Shown piece by piece: positions 19,313 to 27,728 of a DNA stretch of 64,000 bases (positions within the stretch are counted from its first letter, which is position 1; each line of letters opens with the position of its first letter). Where the stretch lies: positions 1 to 64,000 of IMG/VR virus record IMGVR_UViG_3300035670_000105; one strand, 5' to 3'. The notes below the pieces were generated by a model. That model made no database searches. It saw only the letters and a program-made list of their open reading frames with translations, and was not told where the DNA came from. The translations under genes were made by a program, and so were the position numbers. The DNA is from a virus.

Positions 19313-19867
19313 ATGCCTGAGTTCTCCTTCCTGCTCAAGGAACTGATCGAACATCAGCTCCTGATCAAGGTGGAAGCCGCTGATGCCGATGCCGCTCATG
19401 AAGCGGCCTGGGCCCAGCTCAAGGCCAGCGGCTCCCTGGGCACCCTGCCTCCAACCGTGCAGTCCAGTCGCAAGGTACTGAGCCAATCCGTCCTTCCTGC
19501 TGCGGCTGCAACGCAACAGGAGGCAGAGCGGCAGAGCCAGGCGCATCCACCGGTGCAATCGATGGCCAACTACGGCCGGCTGCTGCTGACCCATGCCGTC
19601 AACGCCTGGATCCACAGCGCACCAGCAGAGCAGATCCCCCGTGAGATGCACCTGCGCCAATGCCTCAACCGCCATCTCAATGGCGAGGACGGCGACATCC
19701 ACCCGGATGACGCCCACCTCAATGCCCACGCCAGGCATGCACCACAGGATGGCGGCCGGCTGATGTCCGTCTGGACGAGCGCTGAGCATCCAGTCCTGTG
19801 GATCATCACCGACGCCTACGCCTCGCCCGAGGCCGTCACCACTGTCCTCTTCCCTGATGATTACTGA
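19313..19867 (+). CDS. Protein with a C-terminal 'plasmid-related' domain
   Basis: RHLNGEDGD...D...N...GRLMSVW...LWIITD...TTVLFPDDY pattern. Confidence 0.6.
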   Translation: MPEFSFLLKELIEHQLLIKVEAADADAAHEAAWAQLKASGSLGTLPPTVQSSRKVLSQSVLPAAAATQQEAERQSQAHPPVQSMANYGRLLLTHAVNAWIHSAPAEQIPREMHLRQCLNRHLNGEDGDIHPDDAHLNAHARHAPQDGGRLMSVWTSAEHPVLWIITDAYASPEAVTTVLFPDDY

Positions 19868-20371
19868 AGTGACCCTGCCAGCAATCCGCGTCGAGGCAGA
19901 GCTGGCAGCCCGGCCGGCGATCACGCTCAGCAGCCTGGCGCGGCTACAGCGAAAGCGGCCATCGGAAATGGCCGCGGCCATCCTCACCCGCTGGCTCATC
20001 GAGAACGGCGATGCCGCCATCGCGGAGGCATCAATTCTTCGTGATGAAGAGCATCGCCAGGAACTGCTTCTTCTGGAGCGTCTGTCCGCCGTGCAGGCAG
20101 CTCGCTCCCGCCGTCCCACCATCGCCCGCTGATCCATGCGCTCCACCCCTGCGCCTGATGCTCGTATCCCGATCCTCCCGAAAGAGGAGCCGCTGCTCTA
20201 CGAGCAGATGGCGAATTCCGCTGTCACCGACCTTGGCGCTGAACCGTTCTATGTCCACCACGAGAACTACGGCGCCATGCTCACCGTCGTCAGCCACTGG
20301 CTCCGGCAGCACGACCACCACCTGGCCGCGGACCATGTGCTGGTGGCTGCCATGCAGGCCACTGCTGGCCG

Positions 20372-20779
20372 ATGAGCAACAGCATCCGCTGCCCGAAATG
20401 CCAGGGCACGAGCGGTGCAGCACCAGTGGAAAGCCGCCATGAAGCCGGCGTCCAGCGGCGCCGGCGCCAGTGCCGCGACTGCGGCCAGCGCTTCACGACG
20501 TATGAGCTGCTGCAGGCGGACTACAAGCGCCTGACCCAGGCCGCGGCCCAGCTGCAGCAGATCGAAGCAGTCCTTGGGCTCAGGCGCAGCGAATGCACGC
20601 CAGCGCCTGCGGGTGTGTCGAACCCCTGCGCAAGCTGCGGGTTCAACACCGGCACGCGATGCAGCTTCGACTACCCGGAATACGGGAGCGCCGAGGCGAG
20701 GGACTGCACGATGCGCTCCCTACCCTTGGCCCGTCAGGGCGTGGCGAGTGAACTGGGACCGCAGACAAAGCGGCCATGA
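20372..20779 (+). CDS. NrdR-like N-terminal zinc-ribbon protein (no ATP cone)
   Basis: CPKC...ESR...RRRRQCRDCGQRFTTYE. Confidence 0.7.
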   Translation: MSNSIRCPKCQGTSGAAPVESRHEAGVQRRRRQCRDCGQRFTTYELLQADYKRLTQAAAQLQQIEAVLGLRRSECTPAPAGVSNPCASCGFNTGTRCSFDYPEYGSAEARDCTMRSLPLARQGVASELGPQTKRP

Positions 20780-21003
20780 CGATGCGCCGATTCTGATTGG
20801 CATGGCGATCCTGCTGTTCCTCGGCATCGGAACGATGGCTGGTCTGGTGTGGATCACCAACAACTTGGTGCAGCAAGTGAAGCGAATTGACGGCGAGAGC
20901 AAGCAAGCACTGGAGCGTTCAACAGAAACGCTGCGCCAATGCACCGAGCAGCTCAGGTAGCCCCTCCCCGGGGGCCTTGAGCAACTGCCTTTCATCTCAG
21001 GCA

Positions 21004-21972
21004 ATGGCAACTGCAACCAAGGCTTCACGCAAACGAAAGACTGAAGGCCCCACACCAGAAGAGAAGCTCGTCGCCGGGCTGATCGAACTGCTGGAAGCTG
21101 GCGTCAACCCGTGGCAACGGGACTGGCGCGGCACCAGCCTGGGGCAACATCGCAACCTGATCTCCAGCGAGCCGTATCACGGCGGCAACCCTGCCCTGCT
21201 GGAGATGCAACTGGCGATGCGCGGCAGTGAACTGCCGCTCTGGGCTGGCCACGGCCAGGCCAAGAGCAAGGACTGGTACCCACGCAAGGGCAGCCGCGGC
21301 TGCTACATCGTGCGGCCCCAGCTCAACCGCTACGAGGAACTCGATGAGGGCGGCAAGCCCGTGCTCAACGAGCAGGGGGAAGCGCAACTACGGCAATGGA
21401 CATCGTTCAAGCCGGTGTGCGTCTTCAATGCCGCTGATCTGGAAGGGGAGGGCCTGGCCGAGGCGATTGCCGCGGCCATCGGCACCCCCGAGCAGCGGCA
21501 GGAGCCGGAGATCCTGCAGCAGGCAGAAGCGGTGCTGGGCGCCTGGTGCGTTCCTGTCACCTATGGCGGTAACAGCGCGTTCTATTCGCCCATGGCGGAT
21601 CGGATCACGCTGCCGCCACGGCATCAATTCCTCAGCGGCCCTGGCTTCTACGCCACCTGGGCGCATGAGGCGGTTCATAGCACGGGGCATGGCGATCGCC
21701 TGGCCCGTGACGGGATTGTGCACTTCGCGGGGCGCGCTTCCGAGAGCTACGCAAAGGAAGAGCTGATTGCTGAGCTGGGCGCCTTCCTACTGGGCGTGCG
21801 GCTGGAAATCGGCAGTGCCGTAGAGAACCACGCGGCCTACCTGGGCTCGTGGATTGCTGCGCTCAAAGCCCAGCCCAAGACGCTGCTGCAATCGCTGAGC
21901 GCAGCGACGAAAGCAGCCAACTTGATCCACCCCGAAACCATCACCCCGGCACCAGCCGGTGAAGACCAATGA
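21004..21972 (+). CDS. ardC: ArdC-family antirestriction/ssDNA-binding protein with zincin-like domain
   Basis: PWQRDW, NLIS..PYHGGN, VFNAADL, DRITLP, HEAVHSTGH, YAKEELIAELGA, HAAYLGSW. Confidence 0.9.
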   Translation: MATATKASRKRKTEGPTPEEKLVAGLIELLEAGVNPWQRDWRGTSLGQHRNLISSEPYHGGNPALLEMQLAMRGSELPLWAGHGQAKSKDWYPRKGSRGCYIVRPQLNRYEELDEGGKPVLNEQGEAQLRQWTSFKPVCVFNAADLEGEGLAEAIAAAIGTPEQRQEPEILQQAEAVLGAWCVPVTYGGNSAFYSPMADRITLPPRHQFLSGPGFYATWAHEAVHSTGHGDRLARDGIVHFAGRASESYAKEELIAELGAFLLGVRLEIGSAVENHAAYLGSWIAALKAQPKTLLQSLSAATKAANLIHPETITPAPAGEDQ

Positions 21973-22442
21973 CTTCCTCAACTTGGGACGATAACACCAT
22001 CCAATTCCCGCGCTTGATCGCTGAAATCGATGCAGCGGGAGCGTTTGACATGATCCAGCCTGATGGCATGCGCGTCATTGACTCAATCGCCATCTCAATG
22101 GATCTTGAACCATCTGATGTCTGCGAGCTGATCAACCGCGCTGCTGAGGAATGGGATCTGATCAAAGATCGCACATTCAATCACGGCCCCAGCTACGACA
22201 TCTGGATTGCTGAACCCGATAAATGGGAGTGGTGCTTCGACCATCGCTTCACCTGCGAGGACGATCCCGATGGAAAGGAAGCCCGGCAATCCGCGCACGA
22301 GCACGCCCGCTACCTGCGGAAGACCTACCCCTGCGCCTACGTGGCTGTCCGCCCAGCCGGAAAGGCACCACTACCTGTGCGCCCACCGCTGGAGGACGAA
22401 CCCCCGTTCAAGGACTTCTCCGCCAGCTGGCTTGGCCTCTGA
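21969..22442 (+). CDS. Hypothetical protein; C-terminal domain paralogous to 10400..10819
   Basis: YDIW...FTCEDD...AHEHARYLRK...AVRP. Confidence 0.6.
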   Translation: MTSSTWDDNTIQFPRLIAEIDAAGAFDMIQPDGMRVIDSIAISMDLEPSDVCELINRAAEEWDLIKDRTFNHGPSYDIWIAEPDKWEWCFDHRFTCEDDPDGKEARQSAHEHARYLRKTYPCAYVAVRPAGKAPLPVRPPLEDEPPFKDFSASWLGL

Positions 22443-22469
22443 ACCCACATCCTCTACCTCTTCATTCCC

Positions 22470-23226
22470 ATGAATCCTCTCGCTCACTTCTGCGTCATCG
22501 ACCCGGACTCGGGCACCTTCTTTGACGCCAACACCGCCATGATCTTCGACACCCGCTGGTTGTCAGAAGAAGAATTGGAGACTCTCAACGAGGGCTCCGA
22601 CCAGGACCGCGGTGAACTGGCACTGCGCTATGGCATCTACCTGGATGATGCCATCGACGCACACACGCTGGAGAACCCAGCGCCTGATGCGCAGGGGGGG
22701 CAGCAATGAGCCTCTATCTGCGCATCTACGAGAAAATCGCAGACCAACCCCTTGACCAGCAACTCAAAGTCCTCAACGACGAATTAGGGGCCACCACAGA
22801 TGACCGCCAGCGTATTCTCATTCTCTGCTGGCTAGTCGAGAAGCTCTGCTCTGAAGTGATAAGACTTCAGAATCAAGTCGACACCCTTTCACCGTAAATC
22901 CTATGGCCGCCACCAAACGACAACAGAAAGCCAAGGAATCCTCCTGGCCCACCGGCCCCCGCACCATCACGCTGGAGCTGGAGGAAGACAGCTGGGAGCT
23001 ACTGCGCAACGCCTTGGAGATGCGCAGCAGTCAGTTTGAACAATGGAAGAACTCAATCGAGCGGATCAATGATCCCGATCAAATGAAGAGCCAACTGCCC
23101 TGGTACAGCGAGTCACTCACACGACTGCTCGACATTCAGAGGCAAGTGGAAGACCAGATCGATCGGGACTTCTTCAACAAGCAGCGTGCCGCCCAGGCAG
23201 CACGGCTGAAGAAGGCCGCTGCCTGA
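22470..23226 (+). CDS. Three small hypothetical genes (22470..22709, 22706..22897, 22903..23226)
   Basis: Tightly packed ORFs with plausible composition. Confidence 0.55.
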
Positions 23227-23448
23227 TTTGCATCGTCACCAGGGCAGAGCCCCTGCCCTGGAAGCGATCTGGTGCCAACAAGAAGCATCTCGTCACCGCC
23301 ATAGACACAGCCGCATCCACAGGGCAAATCCCTTGCGCCGCAGGAGATCCGCCCTTCCACCACGCTGTTCCGTCCACACCCATGGACCCAACACCCCTGT
23401 ACCCATGTGGCAGCCGCCACCCTGGTACGGGGGTGTTTTTTCCTTTTT

Positions 23449-23748
23449 CTATGGGGCGCTGCTGCCGCCGCGGTCGCACGCTTGCACGCCGGTTGCCTGT
23501 GATGTAGGGTGTTCATCACTCGGTAGCTCCCCGGGCGCCCCCACAGATGGGGCCCCACCACTGGGACCAGGGGATGCCGCAGTCGGAGCCAGCGCAGACA
23601 GTCCTTGCTCCGATGCCGAGGGTGCCGTCAAGGCCAGTCCCGTGTACCGCCCATGCAATGGATGGCTGCGTTCATGGCGGCCATCGGCTTGATAGAGCAG
23701 CTCCAGTCGTTCGACCTTGGCGCGCTCTTCCTGCCAGTTGATGCGCAT
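23449..23748 (-). CDS. Small hypothetical phage protein
   Basis: RLELLYQADGRHERSHPLHGRYTGL; converges on a hairpin at ~23419-23447. Confidence 0.5.
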   Translation of the reverse strand: MRINWQEERAKVERLELLYQADGRHERSHPLHGRYTGLALTAPSASEQGLSALAPTAASPGPSGGAPSVGAPGELPSDEHPTSQATGVQACDRGGSSAP

Positions 23749-23777
23749 GGGCTCAACCCTCTGCAACCTCACTTGTC

Positions 23778-24350
23778 ATGGCGCTTTATAGCCCCGAACG
23801 CGGCCTGGCTGCTGGCATCGGCCTGATGATCAACGAGCTGCTGGTGACAGCAATCGACCCAGGCCAGCCCTACATCCACCGACTGCTGGATGGCCACGGC
23901 AAAACACTGAGCATCGAATGGTGTGGACCGTTCACCGAGCGGGCCCTGCTGGATGAACCGGATGAACGACGCGGTGATGGCGCCATCCGCCTGCACACCC
24001 GCAGTGACGATCCGCTCTATGCCCTGCCACCGGATCTGGAGATGGAGGAGCTGAACATCCGCATGGGTGTCCCCCTGTGGGTGTATGGCTGGCTGGATGG
24101 CGAACGCACGGCGATCGCCGCCGGCCTGTTCCACCCCCTGTATGTCAGCGCAACGCTCGACTTCTGGGCGCCGGAGAGTGGACTGCACGAGCGGCGGCTG
24201 TATATCTTCGATCCACGGCTCACTGACGAGGAGTTGAAGCAGGAGCCACCGCCGTTGCGCAAGATGACGGAGATGGCCAAGCTGGAAGCCATCGGTGCCG
24301 GCCTGCCCGAACGCCGGCCCCAGTTCCGCCCATCCCTGCGGCTGCCCTGA
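23778..24350 (+). CDS. Hypothetical protein
   Basis: 190-aa ORF with normal composition. Confidence 0.6.
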   Translation: MALYSPERGLAAGIGLMINELLVTAIDPGQPYIHRLLDGHGKTLSIEWCGPFTERALLDEPDERRGDGAIRLHTRSDDPLYALPPDLEMEELNIRMGVPLWVYGWLDGERTAIAAGLFHPLYVSATLDFWAPESGLHERRLYIFDPRLTDEELKQEPPPLRKMTEMAKLEAIGAGLPERRPQFRPSLRLP

Positions 24351-24718
24351 TCCCAGAGCGCTGCCTGCAGTCCACCACCAAGGGCGTCAGATCAACTGAC
24401 GCCCTTTCCCGTATCGACCGCTCCAGCCATGCCCCTCTCCGCTGAACGCATCCAGTCCGTAGCGCAGCAGCTGATGGCGCAGACGACACCGGAGGGGATC
24501 CTGAGGATCCGCCGGCAGCTGGATGACGCGAGCGCCAAGCAGGTGATTCGCGCCATACCACCACTGGAGCGCGGCGCGTTGCTGATGTGCCTCGCGTTTC
24601 GCAGCACCGATCGCTGGGCGCCATTCGACAGCGCCATCATCGACGGCACGGTGGAAGACCTGATCGAGCAGCAGAGCGGCGGAGGCCCCTTACCCTCCGC
24701 CTAGCGCAGTGCAGATCG

Positions 24719-25060
24719 ATGGCCACATCCCCAGCGGAGACGAATGCTGAGCTGTTGCGCCAGATCCTGGCGGAACTGAAGCAGCTGACTGAGGTGATGG
24801 AGGCCTTCACCAATGACGGCTTCCCACTGGCCCGCACGATTCCCACCACCGAGACGCTGGCTGCGATGGTGGTGGCCGCGGCCCTGATCAGCCGCGGCGA
24901 TCCTCGCGTCAACCCGCAGGACTTGCAGAACCGACTGGCTGCGGCTCCGGTGGTGAGCACGCAGCTGATTGCGCACATCGATGCGTACCTGCAGAGCGTT
25001 CAGGTGCAGCAGCTCGATCAGCTGGCGCGGCAGGTGCAGCCGCCGCAGCCGGGTAACTGA
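24719..25060 (+). CDS. Hypothetical protein
   Basis: ATG 22 nt after TACCCT (24691-24696); preceded by ORF 24429..24704. Confidence 0.6.
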   Translation: MATSPAETNAELLRQILAELKQLTEVMEAFTNDGFPLARTIPTTETLAAMVVAAALISRGDPRVNPQDLQNRLAAAPVVSTQLIAHIDAYLQSVQVQQLDQLARQVQPPQPGN

Positions 25061-25452
25061 GCGACGCATGCCACTGCGCTTCGGCGTTCAGCTGGAGCAG
25101 GGAGGTGAGCAGCAGATCAAAGCTCACCCCCCGTTCAACGACGCGGCGCAGGATGGCAGCGGTGACTGGATTTTCAGGAATGACATCCCGAAAGCGAAGC
25201 GCTGGCCTGTGGTTGATCATCACCAGGCGAGCGGGGAGGTGTTCGGCCGTGAGCACGCAACGGCATTCGCCGTTGGAGCGCGCAACTGCAGTAACGGTGA
25301 CTTCCATACCGTGAGCAGTAGGGCGCTGACTCAGCGCAACATCCATTACGTCGACGCGAAGGTCGGCGCAGCATACGCAGATTTTCGTCGGATTTGGCTG
25401 GTTCCACCCCAATGCAAATGCTGCATAACTTCACCCAACTTCATCAAGACCA

Positions 25453-26298
25453 ATGAACGACACGCTGGCCTGGATGACAGCTGCGCCCACCGCCCCATCC
25501 CCGCCGGATCGGCGCCGCTACATCGATCCGGCCAGCGGCATCCGCTTCTACCCCATCCCCCCGCCCACCGGCAGCGGCGAGTGGCTGGCCGTCCCCGGCG
25601 TCACCTCGATCCTCAGTGATGCCAGCAGTGAGGAGGACCGCCAGCGGCTGGAGAACTGGCGCCAACAAGAGCTGGCCGCCGGCCGCGATCCCAATGCCGG
25701 CCGCGACCGGGGCACCCGGGTGCATGCGGCGCTGGAGGACTACATCCGTGGCGTCGAACCCAGCTTCTCAACCGATGTGGATGCCGCGGCCTTCAGCGGC
25801 ATGGAGAAACACCTGGCGAGCTACAGCACCTTCCTGTGGAACGAGCGGCCCCTGGTGCAGGGCTGGGAGCACTGCTGGAGTGCCCCGGCCGGGGATCCCG
25901 ATCGCCTGGCCCGGGTGTGGAGCTGGCAGTGGGGCTATGCCGGCACGCCGGATCTGATCGGCAAGCACCGCCGCGGCCTGACGATCCTCGGTGACTTCAA
26001 GACGAGCAACCAGCCCTACTACCGCTGCAGCGGTAGCCAGGTGCCCGCGTTCAAGCGCACCGGCTTCCTCAAGTTCCGCAAGACCGTGCGTCAGCTGTGC
26101 GCCTACAAGCTGGCAGTCGAGGAGATGCTCGATCTCCACATCGACGCACTGCAGATCATCGTCGGCCTGCCGGCTGCCGGTGAATCCCAGATGTTCTACA
26201 TCTCGGGCCCCGACCTGGAGCTGGAGACGGAGAACTTCAAACAGCTGGCGGCCGCCTTCTGGGCCAAGCGCGCCAGCGCCCAACTGCTGGCGGCCTAG
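25453..26298 (+). CDS. PD-(D/E)XK exonuclease (Cas4/RecB-like)
   Basis: GVTSILS, RGTRVH, E, YAGTPDLI, GDFKTS, QLCAY. Confidence 0.85.
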   Translation: MNDTLAWMTAAPTAPSPPDRRRYIDPASGIRFYPIPPPTGSGEWLAVPGVTSILSDASSEEDRQRLENWRQQELAAGRDPNAGRDRGTRVHAALEDYIRGVEPSFSTDVDAAAFSGMEKHLASYSTFLWNERPLVQGWEHCWSAPAGDPDRLARVWSWQWGYAGTPDLIGKHRRGLTILGDFKTSNQPYYRCSGSQVPAFKRTGFLKFRKTVRQLCAYKLAVEEMLDLHIDALQIIVGLPAAGESQMFYISGPDLELETENFKQLAAAFWAKRASAQLLAA

Positions 26299-26843
26299 GC
26301 CTCCTCAAGCCAAGCCCAACACCGCCCGCCCGGCAACACGCTGTAGATAGTCGACCTCGGTATCCGCAACTCCCTTGCGAGACACGAGATCGACTTTGAA
26401 CCTCGTCTTGCGACAAGGCGCCTGATCTCCAGCACTTGCCCCTGATCAAGGCGAGTCCTTGGATTCCGCGCGCCGCGAGACGCCGTCCCGTCCCTCACGC
26501 GATCCAGCTGATTCTGCGAAGGACTCCCATAGGAGAGATTCACCAGTCGGTTGTCCGTCTTGCCCCCAGGGCCATGCAGAACAACCATCCCGTCTGGCCT
26601 CTCGCCCAGAAACGCCTCAGCGACAAGGCTGTGAACCATACAGTTCTCGTGAACTCCACACTTGCTCAATACAAGCTGCAAATATCCATAGGTTGTTGTG
26701 GAGAACTTCCTGATCCTTCCTTTCCTCTTCACCTGGCCGAATCGCCTATGAGGCACAACGCGATCAACGCTGCGCACGCGCCCACGATCTGAAACCTCGT
26801 AGAGGCCTTCGTAGCCACAAACCGCAACCCACCGTTCTCCCAT
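26295..26843 (-). CDS. NUMOD4-HNH homing endonuclease
   Basis: WVAVCGYEGLYEVSDRGRVRS; VHSLVAEAFLG...VLH..G.KTDNRLVNL...N. Confidence 0.9.
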   Translation of the reverse strand: MGERWVAVCGYEGLYEVSDRGRVRSVDRVVPHRRFGQVKRKGRIRKFSTTTYGYLQLVLSKCGVHENCMVHSLVAEAFLGERPDGMVVLHGPGGKTDNRLVNLSYGSPSQNQLDRVRDGTASRGARNPRTRLDQGQVLEIRRLVARRGSKSISCLARELRIPRSTIYSVLPGGRCWAWLEEA

Positions 26844-26865
26844 AGATACTCCAGCTGCAGGCGGC

Positions 26866-27528
26866 CTAAAGCAGGAACTGTTCCTGCAGGGTGGAGACGG
26901 GCCGGCCGAGCAGCTTCGCCAACCCGCCCCACTGGACCTCATTCAGCTCCTGCTCACCACCCGCTTCGATCGCTTCCAGCACGGGGGTGAGCGTGAGGAT
27001 GGCGGCCAGCTCATCGAACAGCTCCGGTGCCGGCTCCCGCTTCTGGCGGATGAACTCCATCAAGGCCTGGCACTGCAGCTGTGGTGGTGGTGGTGGTGCC
27101 GTCGGTTCATCGAGGGCAGAGCCATAGCGCTCCAGCAAGCGGACCAGCTCCCGTGCCAACTCCAGAGCCGAGAAGGCGACGGGACGCTGACTGAGCAACC
27201 GCTGATGCTCCAGCGCAGCCTCGCGGCCGCTCTCCACCCAGATGTAGACGCTGGTGATGTCGAAGTCGATCACCTTGGCGAGCTGCGCAACCGTGCGTGC
27301 CTTGAGCGCGTCGAAGTCGGCGCCGCCGGTCTTGTAGCGATGCAGCATCGTTGAAGAGATATGAAGCGACGCGGCCAGTTCGTTCTGGGCACCAAGGACA
27401 GCGCCGCGTTCTGCGCCCAGACGCCTGAGGGCGTAGTTGATCAGCTCGGCAAAGCGCTCATCCCGCAGGCGCCGCTGGGGATCCTGAGGATTCTCAGCCC
27501 GCCCGCCATCTGCATCCAAGGCTGCCAT
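26866..27528 (-). CDS. HTH transcriptional regulator (repressor-like)
   Basis: QNELAASLHISSTMLHRYKTG HTH; divergent from the primase-helicase. Confidence 0.6.
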   Translation of the reverse strand: MAALDADGGRAENPQDPQRRLRDERFAELINYALRRLGAERGAVLGAQNELAASLHISSTMLHRYKTGGADFDALKARTVAQLAKVIDFDITSVYIWVESGREAALEHQRLLSQRPVAFSALELARELVRLLERYGSALDEPTAPPPPPQLQCQALMEFIRQKREPAPELFDELAAILTLTPVLEAIEAGGEQELNEVQWGGLAKLLGRPVSTLQEQFLL

Positions 27529-27728
27529 GGGGCCAGCGCTCCTGTCGAATCGAGTTCCACCGTTCTAATACAGGCAATTAGCGGTTGTCGCCTGCGGCTG
27601 GTGTAACAACCGGCACTGTTGCGGGAATTGCATCACAGGCCTTCACCTGCCGCGGCCCACCACCCCATGCCCTGTGCAACTGGGGTTGACCCATCACCTA
27701 CCCTCAAGCCGAACCCGGGTTCATCGGC

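Larger units (their letters stand above)
6306..20979 (+). promoter_or_regulatory. Eight dispersed copies of the CCTCCCCGGGGGCCTTG hairpin motif upstream of early genes (about 6306, 7298, 7518, 7849, 9666, 11846, 16180, 20960)
   Basis: Seen directly; each copy lies ~25-55 nt upstream of an ATG (6351, 7341, 7580, 7925, 9725, 11921, 16251, 21004). Confidence 0.75.

Noticed and set aside
24909-25450. Overlapping ORFs between 25060 and the exonuclease
   Set aside because: Conflicting frames with no recognisable motif; left unassigned
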